Shown here one piece after another: positions 11,926-24,638 of a DNA stretch of 64,000 nucleotides. The stretch covers positions 1,344,001 through 1,408,000 of the forward strand of contig CAWKMU010000003.1 of NCBI GenBank assembly GCA_963850905.1, given 5' to 3'. Positions within the stretch are counted from its first letter, which is position 1; each line of letters starts with the position of its first letter. The translations under genes and the position numbers were made by a program. Under the pieces are notes generated by a model. That model searched no databases, had not been told where the DNA came from, and worked only from the letters and a program-made list of their open reading frames with translations. This DNA is from an uncultured Gemmatimonadales bacterium (GTDB lineage Bacteria; Gemmatimonadota; Gemmatimonadetes; Gemmatimonadales; Gemmatimonadaceae).

Positions 11926-14049
11926 ATGGCGACAACTACCCATACCGAGCAGGCCGCGGCAGCGGCTGCGGACCTCAGCCGCGAGCAGCTGGTCGCTGCC
12001 TATCGCGTCATGCTGCTGGCCCGTCGCTTGGACGACAAGGAAATCCAGCTCAAGCGACAGAATAAGATTTTTTTCCAAATTTCTGGCGCGGGGCACGAAG
12101 CGATTCTGACCGCGGCGGGCTTGGTGCTTCGTGGCGGGTACGACTGGTTCTACCCCTACTATCGTGACCGGGCGCTCTGTCTCCAACTGGGCGTCACGCC
12201 GGCCGAGATGTTGTACGAGGCCGTGGGCGCAGCGGTTGATCCGGCCTCGGGCGGGCGCCAGATGCCGAGCCATTGGGGGAACCGGCCGCTCAACATTGTG
12301 TCGTCGTCGTCGCCCACCGGCACGCAATTCCTGCAGGCTGCCGGCTGCGCCGAAGCCTGGTTGCGCGCGCGTCAGCTGGGTGTGGGCGAAGGGTTCGCCG
12401 GGGACGAAGTCGTGTATGTCTCGACCGGTGATGGGGCGACCAGCGAGGGCGAGTTCTGGGAGTCTCTGAGCACGGCGTGCAACCTCCAGTTGCCGGTCCT
12501 GTATCTGGTCGAGGACAACGGCTACGCGATTTCGGTCCCGGTCGAGATCAACACGCCCGGCTCGTCGATCTCTCGTCTGGTGGAAGGGTTCCCCGGACTG
12601 TACATCGAGCAGGTCGATGGGTGCGACCTGGTGGCGAGTCACGGGGCGATGGCTCGCGCCACCGCGTATGTCCGCGCGCGGAAGGGGCCAGCGCTCGTAC
12701 ACGCCAGCGTGATCCGGCCGTACTCGCACTCGCTGTCGGATGACGAGACCATGTACCGGCCGCCGTCGGAGCGCGCTGCGGACGCGGCGCGTGATCCGTT
12801 GACCACCTTCCCGCGCTGGCTCATTGCGGAAGGGCACGCGACCGAGGCCGACATCAGCAGGATCCAGGCGGAAGTGGACGCGGAAGTGCTGGCCGCGACC
12901 GACGATGCGCTGGCCCAGCCCCAGCCGTCGCCGGAGTCCAAGACCTTTGCGGTCTACTCGCCCGACGTGGATCCCTGCGGCGAGCGCTTCGACACCGAGG
13001 ACGACCCGCAGCCGAGCGGTGAGCCGACGACGATGGTCGACCTGCTGAACGGGTGCATGCGCGATGAGATGCGGCGAGACCCCAAGATCCTCGTGTTCGG
13101 TGAGGATGTCGCCGACGTATCGCGCGAATCGTACATGGGCGAGGTGAAGGGGAAGGGCGGTGTCTTCAAGGTTACGTGGGGATTGCAGAAGGAGTTTGGC
13201 GCGTCGCGGGTCTACAACACCCCGCTGGCGGAAGCCAACATCATCGGCCGCGCAATCGGCCTCGCCACGCGTGGCTTCAAGCCGATCGCGGAGATCCAGT
13301 TCTTCGATTACATCTGGCCGGCGTACATGCAGCTGCGCAACGAGCTCGCGACAATGCGCTGGCGGTCGAACAACACCTTCTCGTCTCCCGCCGTGGTCCG
13401 CGTGACCTATGGCGGCTATATCCGCGGCGCGATCTACCACTCGCAGACCGGCGCGTCCCTGTTCACGCACTGCCCCGGACTGCGCGTCGTCTGTCCGGCG
13501 ACGGCGCTCGACGCCAACGGATTGCTTCGTACCGCCATCCGGTGCGATGACCCGGTGATCTTCCTCGAGCACAAGCACCTCTATCGCCAGACGTACAACA
13601 AAGGACGCAATCCCGGCCCGAACTACATGATCCCGTTCGGCAAGGCACGGCGCGTGCGGCCCGGCAAGGACGTGACGGTGGTCACCTACGGCGCGACGGT
13701 GCAGCGCGCCCTGGTTGCTGCCAATCAGGTCGCGGACGCGGAACACGGCGGGATCGACGTCGAGGTCATCGACCTGCGTTCGCTCAGTCCGTGGGATCGT
13801 GAGATGGTGTTCGAGTCGGTCCGTCGCACGTCGCGAGTGATCGTCGGCTACGAAGATTCGATCTCGTGGGGCTACGGCGCCGAGATCGCGGCCGCGATCG
13901 CCGACGAGTGCTTCGCCTGGCTGGACGCACCGGTGAAGCGGGTGGCATCGAGCGACACCTTCGTCGGCTACGCGCCCCAGCTCGAGGACGCGATCTTGCC
14001 GCAGGTCGACGACTTTGTCCGCGCGTATCGGGAGGTCGTCGCTTTTTAG
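11926..14049 (+). CDS. 2-oxoacid (probably branched-chain) dehydrogenase E1, fused alpha/beta subunits
   Basis: [15 protein letters not shown] motif, [15 protein letters not shown]; beta-half [28 protein letters not shown]. Confidence 0.9.
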   Translation: MATTTHTEQAAAAAADLSREQLVAAYRVMLLARRLDDKEIQLKRQNKIFFQISGAGHEAILTAAGLVLRGGYDWFYPYYRDRALCLQLGVTPAEMLYEAVGAAVDPASGGRQMPSHWGNRPLNIVSSSSPTGTQFLQAAGCAEAWLRARQLGVGEGFAGDEVVYVSTGDGATSEGEFWESLSTACNLQLPVLYLVEDNGYAISVPVEINTPGSSISRLVEGFPGLYIEQVDGCDLVASHGAMARATAYVRARKGPALVHASVIRPYSHSLSDDETMYRPPSERAADAARDPLTTFPRWLIAEGHATEADISRIQAEVDAEVLAATDDALAQPQPSPESKTFAVYSPDVDPCGERFDTEDDPQPSGEPTTMVDLLNGCMRDEMRRDPKILVFGEDVADVSRESYMGEVKGKGGVFKVTWGLQKEFGASRVYNTPLAEANIIGRAIGLATRGFKPIAEIQFFDYIWPAYMQLRNELATMRWRSNNTFSSPAVVRVTYGGYIRGAIYHSQTGASLFTHCPGLRVVCPATALDANGLLRTAIRCDDPVIFLEHKHLYRQTYNKGRNPGPNYMIPFGKARRVRPGKDVTVVTYGATVQRALVAANQVADAEHGGIDVEVIDLRSLSPWDREMVFESVRRTSRVIVGYEDSISWGYGAEIAAAIADECFAWLDAPVKRVASSDTFVGYAPQLEDAILPQVDDFVRAYREVVAF

Positions 14050-14081
14050 TGGTCGCCGCCTTCTAGGCGATCGACCGTCCG

Positions 14082-15023
14082 GTGGTCGTCTCGCCCTGGG
14101 TCTGGATCGCGTTCGTCGCGTTCGTCCTGGGAGCGCTTGCCCTCGACCTAGGCCTGTGGCACCGAGTCCCGCGCGTCATCGAGACGCGCGAGGCGGCGCG
14201 GCGCACCGCGATCTGGATTCTGCTCGCGTTGGTGTTCGCCGGTCTTCTGGCATGGCGCGAGGGCGTGCAGACCGGTGTCGACTTTCTCACTGGCTATGCG
14301 GTCGAGCAAGCGCTGAGCGTCGACAACGTCGTCGTCATGGCCTGGATCTTCTCCTCGCTCGCCATCCCGCCGCCATACCAACACCGAGTCCTGCTCTGGG
14401 GTGTGCTCGGTGCGATGATCATGCGTGGGGGTTTCATCATTCTGGGCCTCGTCCTCCTGACGCGGTTCAACTGGATTCAGTACGTCCTCGGCGCTGTATT
14501 GTTGCTGGCTGCCGCGCGCATCCTGCGTCACCGCGAGCCCGAGACATCGAATGGGCGCAGCCTGATCGTCCGAGTCGTCGAGCACGCGATACCGGTCGAT
14601 CCAGCGCTCTTGGGGTCGCGATGGGTCGCCAGGGATGCAGCCCGCAACAGCGGGTGGGTGGCCTCGCCACTCCTCATCGCGCTCGTGTGCATCGAGCTCA
14701 CCGACATTGCGTTCGCGACGGATTCGATCCCGGCCATCTTCGCGATCACGCGCGTCCCGTTCGTCGTCTTCACGGCGACCATCTTCGCGACGCTCGGCCT
14801 TCGCTCGCTGTACTTTCTCGTCGCGGCGGCCATGCGCGGCGTCCACTCGTTCCGTGTGGCGCTTGCGGTCATACTGGCGGTCGTGGCGCTCAAGATGCTG
14901 CTGTCTTCGGTCGTGGAGATACCGGCCGCCGTCGTGCTCGCCGTGATCATTGCCGTGCTCGCCATCGCCCGCTTCGCGGGACGATCGCCGCCACGCCCGG
15001 GGCAGGCGCGCCCCCGCTCGTGA
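14082..15023 (+). CDS. TerC/Alx family membrane protein
   Basis: EQALSVDN, QHRVLLWG, IELTDIAFATDSIPAIFAIT, LGLRSLYF; multiple TM helices. Confidence 0.9.
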   Translation: MVVSPWVWIAFVAFVLGALALDLGLWHRVPRVIETREAARRTAIWILLALVFAGLLAWREGVQTGVDFLTGYAVEQALSVDNVVVMAWIFSSLAIPPPYQHRVLLWGVLGAMIMRGGFIILGLVLLTRFNWIQYVLGAVLLLAAARILRHREPETSNGRSLIVRVVEHAIPVDPALLGSRWVARDAARNSGWVASPLLIALVCIELTDIAFATDSIPAIFAITRVPFVVFTATIFATLGLRSLYFLVAAAMRGVHSFRVALAVILAVVALKMLLSSVVEIPAAVVLAVIIAVLAIARFAGRSPPRPGQARPRS

Positions 15024-15056
15024 CGCCACCGCCGCCGCCGGGCGGCGGAGGCGTCG
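15022..15056. terminator. GC hairpin between convergent genes
   Basis: GACGCCaCCGCCGCC-GCCG-GGCGGCGGaGGCGTC inverted repeat; no U-tract. Confidence 0.5.
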
Positions 15057-15059
15057 CCC

Positions 15060-15380
15060 CTACCTGCGCTCGATCGCGTCTCGGACGTCGAGGAGAATCT
15101 CGAAGTACAGCTGCTCCCGACGGTAGGCGAAGTCCAGGGTGGTCATCTGGGCCTGATCGCCCGACGCTTTCGCGCGGTCGAACGCTTCGCGGTACATGTC
15201 GTCGAGATTGGCCAGAATGCGGTCGCGCGAGCGAGACATGCGTAGGGCCTCGAGGGCTCGAAGGGTCAGGCGAGAAGGCTCCACCGGGACCTCCTCCGCC
15301 GATGGGTCGGCCGCTGCGAGCAGCCGCTTCGCGGCGCTGCGCAGAAATACGCGGGAGCTGATGGGATTGAGGTCGGCCAT
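15060..15380 (-). CDS. Hypothetical helical protein
   Basis: 106-aa ORF with natural composition (SRSRDRILANLDDMYREAF...EILLDVRD) filling the gap between terC and nadE. Confidence 0.7.
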   Translation of the reverse strand: MADLNPISSRVFLRSAAKRLLAAADPSAEEVPVEPSRLTLRALEALRMSRSRDRILANLDDMYREAFDRAKASGDQAQMTTLDFAYRREQLYFEILLDVRDAIERR

Positions 15381-15399
15381 TGGGGGGAAAACTACACTG

Positions 15400-15569
15400 A
15401 ACGGCGGGGTCAGGGGTCAGGGACCAGGGGTCGGGGAACGACAACCGAAACGACAACGACGGGCGACGCAAAGCGTCGCCCGTACCGGTCCAGGGCCGTT
15501 CACCGTGTACAGTGATCGGCCTTCGGTTTGCTCCCTGACCCCTGACCCCTGATCCCCGACCCCGCCGTT
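15400..15569. repeat. Composite palindromic element, type A (heptamer arms, internal hairpin, single REP)
   Basis: AACGGCGGGG...CCCCGCCGTT termini, tandem GGGGTCA/TGACCCC arms, and GGGCGACGCAAAGCGTCGCCCGTAC REP-like hairpin. Its reverse complement aligns with 48526-48694. Confidence 0.85.
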
Positions 15570-15575
15570 TCTGCC

Positions 15576-17420
15576 CTAATAATCCACTGGCCTCAAATAG
15601 CTCTCCCCGATCGCATTCGGGCTAATAATCGCAACGGTCGGGAGGCGGCGCTTCCAGTGCGTGCTCTCGAGGCGGTGGCGGACGAGGTCTACTTCGCGGC
15701 CGTCGTAGCCGCGCGCGCGCAGCTCGTCGCTGGTGTAACCGGAAAGCAGCCAATTGAGAATGTCATCTGCCTTGGCGTAGCTGATGCCGAGGTCTGTTTC
15801 GTCAGTTTGTCCTTTGACGAGATCGGCGGACGCCGGTTTCTCGATGATGACGTCCGGTACGCCCAGGTGACGCGCCAACGACCACACCTGGGTCTTGAAC
15901 AAGTCGCCGAGCGGATTCACGGGCGGCGAATCGTCGGCGTGCCAGGTGAAGTAGCCGAAGAGTCGCTCTGTCTTGTTGCCGGTCCCGAGAGGCAGCGCAT
16001 GGTAGCGCGCCGACAGGTCGAACAACACGATCATGCGCATGCGCGCCATGACGTTACCGCGACGGCCAGGATCTGCCTCGGGCTCGTGCGCGAGATACGC
16101 ATCGACGGCTTTGGTGATATCCACGACCCGGCTCGTGATACCGAGCGCCTCGATCACGAGCTGCGCATGGGACAGACTGTCAGGACTCGACGTGCAGTAG
16201 GGCATGCAGGTACCGATCACGTTCGTTGGGCCGAGCGCGCGCGCCGCGAGGTAGGCCGTCACTGCCGAATCGACACCACCCGAGAGCCCGACGACCGCGC
16301 GGGAGAAGCCTCGACGCCCGAACTCATCGCGAATGAATTGGACGAGCCACCGCTCCAGGAGGGGCCCGTCGATCGCCAACGGAGCCGGCCCACCCGCCTG
16401 GCACGGTGCACTGCCTGCCGCCGGCGGGGCGGACGGGCGCGCTGGTGCGGCAACCGACCGCGCAACGGGAGCGGCGGCCGGCCGGCCGTCGGCCGTCGGG
16501 CCTGCCGATCGAGATAGGGCGCGATCGAGTGCGGTCCGCAGGTCCGGAAGCCCCGTCCGCAAGTCGGCGAGCAGTGGGGCGTCCGCCCGCGCGCGGGCGA
16601 GGTCTGCCAGATCGACGGTTGCTGGCAGCAGCGACTCCTCGAAGAGCGGTGCCCGGACCCGAATGTCGCCGGCAGGACCGACGAGCAACGAGCTTCCCCA
16701 AAAGGCTTTCCCGCCCTCGGTGCCTACGAGGTTGACATAGGACACGAATACCCCGTGCTCCTCCGCGACCCCGCGGACAGTCCGCTCCCACCGTGCGACC
16801 GTCGCCGGCCCCGGGATCCCGTCCTCTCGCGGCCAAGCGCCCCGAGCGGGCGCGGCGGAGGACAGAAAAATGATCTCAGCGCCATCGAGCGCTGCGACGG
16901 TGCCCGTCAGGCTGTGCCACGCGTCTTCGCATACGAGGAGCGCGGCACGGCCCCAGCGGGTGTCGAAGGCTCGCAGGTCGTGGCCACGCTCGACGAAGCG
17001 CTCTTCGTCGAACAACCCGTATGTCGGCAGGAACATCTTGCGGTGGATATGGTGTATGACCGGGTCCGTAGTGGCTCCCACCGTCGCGTACATCACGCTG
17101 TTATACAGCGTGTTCTGCCAGCGCTCGTAGAACCCGATGACGACATCGAGCGTACGACCGGCAGCGACTGCGTCGGGCACACCCGAGCGATACACGGCAT
17201 CGATGTCGCGCGCCACCTGGGCGGCCGTCCGCGCCAGGTCCCGCGTCCCACCCTCCACGAAGTAGCCGGTCAGCGCGGTCTCCGGGAAATGCAGGATGTC
17301 CGGACGTGGTGTGAGGGCGTCGGCACGGGCGAACAGCGGCCCGAGGCGCGCGAGATTGGCCGCAAAATCGCCCTTGCGAGGGTGAAGTTGAGCGAGCGCG
17401 ATAGTGACGGTGGTCGACAT
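15576..17420 (-). CDS. nadE: Glutamine-dependent NAD+ synthetase
   Basis: N-terminal nitrilase domain (FPE, RKMFLPTYGLFDE, VCEDAW) plus synthetase domain (LSGGVDS, GNVMAR, GTGNKTE, LFKTQV, PASADL). Confidence 0.93.
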   Translation of the reverse strand: MSTTVTIALAQLHPRKGDFAANLARLGPLFARADALTPRPDILHFPETALTGYFVEGGTRDLARTAAQVARDIDAVYRSGVPDAVAAGRTLDVVIGFYERWQNTLYNSVMYATVGATTDPVIHHIHRKMFLPTYGLFDEERFVERGHDLRAFDTRWGRAALLVCEDAWHSLTGTVAALDGAEIIFLSSAAPARGAWPREDGIPGPATVARWERTVRGVAEEHGVFVSYVNLVGTEGGKAFWGSSLLVGPAGDIRVRAPLFEESLLPATVDLADLARARADAPLLADLRTGLPDLRTALDRALSRSAGPTADGRPAAAPVARSVAAPARPSAPPAAGSAPCQAGGPAPLAIDGPLLERWLVQFIRDEFGRRGFSRAVVGLSGGVDSAVTAYLAARALGPTNVIGTCMPYCTSSPDSLSHAQLVIEALGITSRVVDITKAVDAYLAHEPEADPGRRGNVMARMRMIVLFDLSARYHALPLGTGNKTERLFGYFTWHADDSPPVNPLGDLFKTQVWSLARHLGVPDVIIEKPASADLVKGQTDETDLGISYAKADDILNWLLSGYTSDELRARGYDGREVDLVRHRLESTHWKRRLPTVAIISPNAIGESYLRPVDY

Positions 17421-17443
17421 ATTGCCAACTGGAAGTTAGCACG

Positions 17444-19618
17444 ATGAGACAGACGACCATACGACGACCGACGACGGCCGCGCGGCTGCGACGGCTGGCT
17501 GGCTCGGCGCTCATCGTACTCGCGATGCCGGTGGTGGTGCACCCGCGGCTCACCGCGCAAGGCACACCGCAACCCACGGGCTCGACCGCGCCAGCGGCAA
17601 CGGGAGCATCGCCCGGCGGAGTCCCGGCTGCGACAATTGCGGCTGCGAACACGCCGTCGACCGGCGAGCCATGGCGCATCGTCGACATGCCCCAGTCGAC
17701 GCTCGTCTACGGGCGCGATGGCTCGCTGATAGGGGAAATTGGGCGCGAGGTCCGGACGAGCGTGCCGCTCGCCTCGGTGCCTCCGTATGTCCCGCTGGCA
17801 TTCATCGCCATCGAGGACCGTCGATTCTACCAGCACAACGGCGTGGACGTCATCGGTGTAATCGGCGCCCTGAAGGATCGGTTCATCGGCCGGCGCATGC
17901 GCGGCGCGAGCACCATCACCCAACAGCTCGTCGGCAACATGCATCCGGACGTGATCAACCGGCGAGACATGAGCCTCGATCGGAAGCTGCGCGAGCAGGA
18001 CGCGGCCCGTGAAATGGAGCGGCACTACACCAAAGCGCAAATACTCGAGGCGTATCTCAATTTCATCCCGTTCGGTCATGGATGGTTCGGCATCGACGCG
18101 GCGGCGCGGCACTACTTTGGCAAGCCAGCCGGGCGGCTCACGCTGGCAGAAGCCGCGACGCTCGCGGCGCTCCCTCGGTCGGCGCCGTACTACGATCCGA
18201 TCCGACATCCCGACCGCGCCCGCCTACGTCGCGACCTCGTGCTCCGCGAGATGGCGAATCAAGGCCTCGTCACGTCGGCGGCAGCGAATGCCGCGCGGCG
18301 AGAGCCGCTGGTCACGGTGCCCTCGGCCCTCACGGACCCGGCGCCGTACTTCGTCGACGCGGTTCGCGACGAGGCGCTGCAACAAGGCATCCCGGTGGAC
18401 GCAGGCGGTTACCTGCTCTACACGACACTGGACCCGGCGCTTCAGCGCGCGGCTGTTGCCGCGCTGGACGAGGGGACCGCCGCGGTCGAGGCTCGGCCTG
18501 GCTACAAGCATCCAACACTCGCCACCCACCCTCGCGGCGCTGGACCGAACTACCTCGAGGGACTGCTCGTCGCGATGGATCCCAGCAATGGCGAGATCCG
18601 GGCGCTCGTCGGTGGTCGCGACTATCAGGACTCGCCATTCGATCGCGCGCTCAAGTCCGTGCGCCAACCTGGGTCTGCCTTCAAGCCCATTGTGTATGCG
18701 GCCGCACTTGCGGACAGCATCCCCGCGAACACGCTGGTCGGCGACACGGCGTTGGCGATTCCACTTCCCGATGGCACGATCTATCGGCCCGACGACGCGG
18801 ACGGCACGTTCCTCGGAACGATGACGCTGCGGGACGCGCTTGTCCGCTCCCGCAACTCCGTCGCGGTCCAACTCGCCCTGCGGCTCGGAATGGATTCGGT
18901 TATCGATGTCGCGCGTCGCTTCGGGATTACGACGCCAATTGCCCCGTACCCCTCGAGTGCGATCGGCGCGTCGGGTGTCCGGCCGATCGAGATCGTTACC
19001 GCGTATCAGGCATTCGCCACATTCGGGACGATTGCGCAGCCGCAGATGCTGTTGAGAGTGGAAGACCGAACGGACCACGAGATCTGGGCCGCGCACGGCC
19101 CCACGACCACGGTGGTGCTGGATTCCAGTGTCGCGTTCATCATGAACGACATGATGCGAGACGTAGTCGACCGCGGAACGGCGTCCGCCATTCGACGCGT
19201 TCTGCCGCCGGGAGTGATGGCTGCAGGCAAGACGGGCACGACGAACGACAACACAGACCTCTGGTTCATCGGCTGCACGCCGCACCTGGTTGCTGGTGTC
19301 TGGCTCGGTTTCGACGAGCCCAGGACGATCATGCCTGGCGCCGCGGGCGGCTCGTTGGCGGCGCCGATCTGGGCGCAATTCATGACCGCTGCAACGGCTG
19401 CAGACACGGTTCCACGCGACAGCGCGGGCGCCGACTCGACCCTCTGGGCGCCGCCTTCAACCCTTGTCTCGGCGGATCTGGATCGCCTCACCGGCGCGCC
19501 CGCGGACTCCACGACACCGCCCGACCGTCGCTACACCGAGTACTTCCTGCCCGGCACGGAGCCGGTGTTGTTTGACGCACGAGCGGTGTTTGGCGGCGGG
19601 CCGGTGACGGTGTACTGA
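17444..19618 (+). CDS. Class A penicillin-binding protein (PBP1A family)
   Basis: Glycosyltransferase [22 protein letters not shown]; transpeptidase SAFK, SRN, KTG. Confidence 0.93.
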   Translation: MRQTTIRRPTTAARLRRLAGSALIVLAMPVVVHPRLTAQGTPQPTGSTAPAATGASPGGVPAATIAAANTPSTGEPWRIVDMPQSTLVYGRDGSLIGEIGREVRTSVPLASVPPYVPLAFIAIEDRRFYQHNGVDVIGVIGALKDRFIGRRMRGASTITQQLVGNMHPDVINRRDMSLDRKLREQDAAREMERHYTKAQILEAYLNFIPFGHGWFGIDAAARHYFGKPAGRLTLAEAATLAALPRSAPYYDPIRHPDRARLRRDLVLREMANQGLVTSAAANAARREPLVTVPSALTDPAPYFVDAVRDEALQQGIPVDAGGYLLYTTLDPALQRAAVAALDEGTAAVEARPGYKHPTLATHPRGAGPNYLEGLLVAMDPSNGEIRALVGGRDYQDSPFDRALKSVRQPGSAFKPIVYAAALADSIPANTLVGDTALAIPLPDGTIYRPDDADGTFLGTMTLRDALVRSRNSVAVQLALRLGMDSVIDVARRFGITTPIAPYPSSAIGASGVRPIEIVTAYQAFATFGTIAQPQMLLRVEDRTDHEIWAAHGPTTTVVLDSSVAFIMNDMMRDVVDRGTASAIRRVLPPGVMAAGKTGTTNDNTDLWFIGCTPHLVAGVWLGFDEPRTIMPGAAGGSLAAPIWAQFMTAATAADTVPRDSAGADSTLWAPPSTLVSADLDRLTGAPADSTTPPDRRYTEYFLPGTEPVLFDARAVFGGGPVTVY

Positions 19619-19727
19619 ACGGCGGGTTTGGGGTTTGGGGTAGTGCAACAAACCAAAAGGGCCAGTCGCGACGCGTCGCAACTGGCCCTCTGAGTTGTTG
19701 CGGTTACCCCAAACCCCAAACCGCTCT
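19618..19727. repeat. Heptamer-armed palindromic element enclosing a terminator-like hairpin
   Basis: AACGGCGGGTTTGGGGTTTGGGG ... CCCCAAACCCCAAACCGCT arms around AGGGCCAGT-N14-ACTGGCCCT; lies between the convergent PBP1A and lon stops. Confidence 0.8.
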
Positions 19728-22308
19728 TTATGTCAGCGCCTCCGCCTCTTCCTCCGCAACCTCCATCTCCGTCTTCCGTGTCTGCACGGGGTGCTTGAGC
19801 GGGAGGAGTGCGATCGCGAACACCTGGTCGAGTGTCTCCACCGGGTGGAACGTCAGCGTGTCGCGGACCTCCTGTGGGATGTCCTCGATGTCGGCTTCGT
19901 TCGCCTTGCGGCAGGATGATCGTCGTGATACCCGCCCGGTGTGCGCCAAGCACCTTTTCCTTCAACCCGCCGATCGGCAAGACGCGACCGCGCAACGTGA
20001 TCTCGCCGGTCATCGCCACGTCCTTTCGGACTGGGCGGCCCGACATCGCGCTCACCAGCGCCGTCGCCATGGTCACGCCCGCCGAAGGGCCGTCCTTGGG
20101 AATCGCGCCCGCCGGGACGTGCACGTGCACTTCGAGGGATCCCAGTCGATCCTCGGGGATCTCGAGTCGCGAGGCGTGCGTCGCCGCGTAGGTCAACGCC
20201 GCTCGCGCCGACTCCTTCATTACATCGCCGAGCTGTCCGGTGAGAATCAACGACACGTTGCCGCGCCGCTCACCTGGCTCTCGCCATCCGTGCCGGCACG
20301 CCCGTGGTCGAGCCGTCGGATCGCGGCTTCGACGAACATGATGTCGCCGCCCATCGGCGTGTAGTACATCCCGGTCGCGACGCCGACCTCGTTCTGCTCG
20401 TTGGCGCGTTCGGGATGAACCTTTGGCCGGCCAAGCAACTCACGTACATCGGCGGCAGTGATCTCCAATGTCGTCGATTCGCCAGCGGCAAGTTTGCGCG
20501 CCACTTTGCGAGCGACTGCGCCAACCTGGCGCTCGAGCTGACGGACGCCACTCTCCCGGGTGTACTGAGACACGATGGCCATCACTGCATCGTCGGTGAG
20601 CGTGACTCTTCCGATCCGCGAGCCCTGCCTCTTCGAGCTGGCGCGGAATCAGATACTTCTTCGCGATCTCCGCCTTCTCACGCTCGGTGTAGCCCGCGAA
20701 ATCGACGACCTCCATGCGGTCGAGCAGCGGACCGGGAATGTTCTGGATGAAGTTCGCCGTCGCGATGAACAGCACTTCGCTCAGGTCGAACGGGACACCC
20801 AGATAGTGGTCGGTGAACGTGTCGTTCTGCGCGGGGTCGAGCACCTCGAGGAGCGCTGCAGCCGGGTCGCCCTGGAACGACGTCCCGAGCTTGTCGACCT
20901 CGTCGAGCAGGAAGACCGGATTCTTGGTGCCAGCCTGCTTCATGCCCTGGATGATTCGACCGGGCATCGCGCCGACATAGGTGCGCCGATGGCCGCGGAT
21001 GTCCGCCTCGTCACGCGTGCCGCCGAGTGCGACCCGGACGTACTCACGACCGAGCGACCGTGCGATCGACTTGGCGATCGAGGTCTTGCCGACGCCTGGC
21101 GGCCCGACGAACAGCAGGATCGGGCCGCGCGCCATCGCGCGCGCCTTGGCTTCCTTCGCGTCGGTGATCTGGCGGTCCTCATCCTCGCCCACGGCGAGCG
21201 ACGGAGTCGCGTTCTCTTTGCTCGCGCGCAAACGCGCGGCAGGCAGCTCGCCCGTACGCTCGAGCTCGTCTGCGATTTGCTTCGCGCGCAGCTGGCGAAC
21301 CGCGAGGAACTCCAGCACCCGATCCTTGACGTCCTGCAGCCCATAGTGGTCGTCGTCGAGCACCGTGTTCGGCGTCGCGTGAGGTCGAGCAGGTCATCGG
21401 AGCGGGTGTTCCAGGGCAGCTCCGCGATCCACTCGAGATACGTGCGGATCACCTGGGCTTCCATCGATTCGCGTCCGGCGCGCTCGAGCCGACCGAGCTC
21501 GCGCTCCACCTCGGCCCGCGCTTCCTTGGGTAGCTCGAGCTTGACCAGCTTCTCTCGAAGCTCGGTCACTTCGCGCGCCTGGTCGTCGTCGCCCAGCTCT
21601 TTCTGAATCGCCTTCAGCTGCTCGCGCAAGTACATCTCGCGCTGCCGCTCGCCCAGCTCTTCCTGGACCTGCGACTTGATCTCCTCCTGGGCCTCGAGGA
21701 GTCCGATCTGGCGCTGGACATGCACGAGTACCCGACGGAGCCGCTCCTCGACACTCAAGCGTTTCCAGCAGCCCCTGCTTCTCGGCCACGCTGAGCTCGA
21801 TGTAGCCGGCCACGAGGTCGGCGAAGCGGCCCGGGTCGGTCACCGAATCGAGGACCTGGTGGACGACCTCCTCGGGCAGGCCGCGCCGTTCCCCGAGCTC
21901 AACCGCCCGCTCTCGAATCTCCTTGTGGAGTGCCTCGAAAGCAGGATCGTGCTCGTTGACCGGGCTCATCTCCTCCGTCGGGATGATCACGGCGGCGAGG
22001 TAGCCCTCGGAAGTGGTGTATTGGAGCGCGGTGGCGCGCTGCTCGCCTTGCAGGAGCAGCTGCACGCCGCCGAGACCGCGCTGGATCTGGCCGATGCGGG
22101 CGATAACGCCCATGGAGTACAGGATCTCGGGCGTGGGCTCGTCGGTGTTGTCGCGCTGGGCGACGGCGAACACAAGCCGGTCGCCTTTGAGGGCCGCCTC
22201 GATCGCCCGCAGCGTGCCCGGACGGCCGGCCGCAATTGGCGCCGTGAGTCCGGGGAAGATCACTGTCCCGCGCAAAGGCAGGACTGGGAGTGTCTGACGT
22301 TGAGCCAT
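19728..22308 (-). CDS. lon: ATP-dependent protease La, about 5 frameshifts (near 21757, 21375, 20620, 20260, 19912)
   Basis: LPVLPLR N-domain, [34 protein letters not shown] (catalytic Ser), GGLKEK spread across consecutive ORF fragments. Confidence 0.92.
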
Positions 22309-22406
22309 TGTCTGCAACCTTCGAGCAGAAAAGGAATGAGGGGGGCGCGCCCTGCGGGGGCCCCCGGGACGGTACATTCACTTTCCCCAGTTGCACGACT
22401 GGTTCC

Positions 22407-22421
22407 GCAGGAGTTACGCCA
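22407..22421 (-). promoter_or_regulatory. Candidate sigma54 promoter upstream of lon
   Basis: Minus strand TGGCGTAACTCCTGC (GG-N10-GC), about 100 nt before the lon ATG. Confidence 0.35.
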
Positions 22422-22561
22422 GGACGGCGGGATTCGAGGGGCCGGGCCGCCGTCGTGACACGACTGGAACCGCCAGGACGGCGGTTTTGCAGCCGATGCC
22501 GCTGTCGTGCCGATCCGTCCGTGCCTGCGATACCTCTTCCTGCGTGTTATCGTTTGGGGAT

Positions 22562-24638
22562 ATGCCGGATCCGGTTGCGTCCGCCGCCGACACGGAACTG
22601 CTCGCGCGGGTGGAACAAGTGTTGGCGCCGACGTTTGAACTCGATCACGAGATCGGTCGGGGCGGCATGGGCATCGTGTATCTGGCACGCGACAGTCGGC
22701 TCAAACGCCCGGTCGCCATCAAAGTCTTGCCGCCAGAGCTGGCGTTTCGGTCAGACATCCGGTCCCGTTTCCTGCGGGAGGCCGAGACCGCGGCACAACT
22801 ATCCCACGCCAATATCGTTCCGATCTTTACCGTCGACGAGCGCGGCGGCCTGGTGTTCTTCGTCATGGGGTATGTCGAGGGAGAAACGCTCGCGCAGCGA
22901 ATGCAGCGAGATGGCCTCATCCCCCCGGCGGAAACGCGCCGCCTGCTGACCGAGGTCGCGTCCGCCCTTGCGTACGCGCATTCCCGCGGTGTCATCCATC
23001 GCGATATCAAGCCCGACAACATTCTTCTGTCGTCCGACGGCGGTCGGGCGATGGTGACGGATTTCGGAATTGCGCGCGCGGTCAGCGCTGGATCGGGCGA
23101 CTCACGGTTGACGGCAACGGGTGTAGCGATCGGCACCCCGGCCTACATGAGCCCGGAGCAGTGCGCCGGCGACAAGGAAATTGACGGTCGCAGCGACCTC
23201 TATTCTCTGGGAGTCGTTGCCTATCAAATGTTGTGCGGGAGCCTGCCCTTTAGCGGGACGGGCACCGGCGCGTTGCTGGTCAAGCATCTCGTCTGAAAAG
23301 CCGGTGCCTGTTACGGATCGCGCACCGGACGTTCCGGCGTGGCTCGGCCGTATCACGATGCGGTTGCTCGAGAAACAGCCTGGGGACCGTTTCGGCGACG
23401 CGACCGCGCTCGTGCGCGCGCTCGAGCAAGGTGACACGGGATTTATCCCACCAGTCGCACCCACTCCGTCGGTGCCATACCCGGTGCCTCCGTCAGGTAC
23501 ACAGGACCGTGCGATGTGGGCGCCACCTGCGGCACCGCTTCCCATCGCACCGCCGGTGGCTGGCGCGATGTCGTTTGGGGCCGCGCAACCACAGGGATCG
23601 GGGCTCGCCAGCGGCGCGCCCGTATCGGAAATCGAGCGGGCTCGTTGGGACGCCGCGCCTGTCAAACGATTTCGTCGCAGCCTCACTCGCTGGGGCGCTA
23701 TCGGCGGCTTTCTGACTGTCGCATCTGTCGTCACAGCCAGCAGCGACTTGATGACGTTCGTCATCATCATCGGTGCGGTGCTTGCGCTCAAGTATGGCAA
23801 GCTTTGGAGCAATGGCTACAACTGGCGCGACGTGTTCAAGCAGCCCAGCGATCGGTTGTTCTTCGACGTCGCGGCCGAATCGATCGACAATGCGCGAGGC
23901 CTGTTCGACAAGAACAAACGCGCCGAAGTGCGGGCACGCCTGCGTCGCGGCGCCGGACGGAATGCGCAACTCCAGGCCGCGGCGGCCGCAGGTCCGCTCG
24001 CGATGCCGGTGGCGCCAATGCCGCCCGCCGCGCCCATGAGTCCACCGCCTCCGGCCGCTGCACCCCCCGCGCCCCTAATCACGACTCCTCAGGACGATGG
24101 GAGCACGCTCGCGCCCGCGGAGGTGTTGAACAGCCGCCATGGCGCCATCGTGCGGCGTGCGGCGGGCGACGGCGCGGCGGTGCGTCAAGAGGTCGGGCGT
24201 CTCGGAGCAGCGGATCGCGCGTTGTTACCGGACGTCGTCGGGGTCGTGGAGGCGCTCGTCAAACGCATCGCGTCGCTCGCGACGGCCCTGCATCGGTTGG
24301 ACGGCGACCTCGCTCCCGACGCGTTGCCGGAGCTCGATAAGCAGATCGCCGCTGCCGAAGGATCGGCCGCTACTCCAGATCGCGAGCGGAAGCTCGGCCT
24401 GTTGCGTCGTCAACGAGCAACGTTACAGGACCTGGCCGATCGGCGCGCGATGTTATCGGCCCAGCTCGAGAACGCGGGGATCGTGCTCCGCAACATTCGA
24501 TTGGATCTCGTCCGACTGCGCTCGGCCGGGGTCCAGTCGGCGATCGACGACGTGGCGACAGCGACGCAGGAAGCGCGTGCCTTGTCACGTGAGATTGCGC
24601 ACGTCTTGAACGCGGCGGAAGAGCTCAAGAGCGTGTGA
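22562..24638 (+). CDS. Hanks-type Ser/Thr protein kinase with TM segment and coiled-coil C-terminus; frameshift near 23292
   Basis: IGRGGMGIVY, VAIK, HRDIKPDN, DFG, GTPAYMSPEQ, SDLYSLG. The kinase end (EKPVPV...LLEKQPGDRF) continues in the next frame. Confidence 0.9.

Noticed and set aside
11587..13746. 719-aa minus-strand ORF
   Set aside because: Antisense shadow of the E1 dehydrogenase gene; such shadows are common at high GC and it has no recognisable motifs.
14050..14081. yybP-ykoY riboswitch upstream of terC/alx
   Set aside because: Only about 30 nt separate it from the E1 gene, and no aptamer motif is visible.
19728..22308. Programmed ribosomal frameshifting in lon or the cox genes
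   Set aside because: There are too many breaks and I saw no slippery heptamers; sequencing error is simpler.
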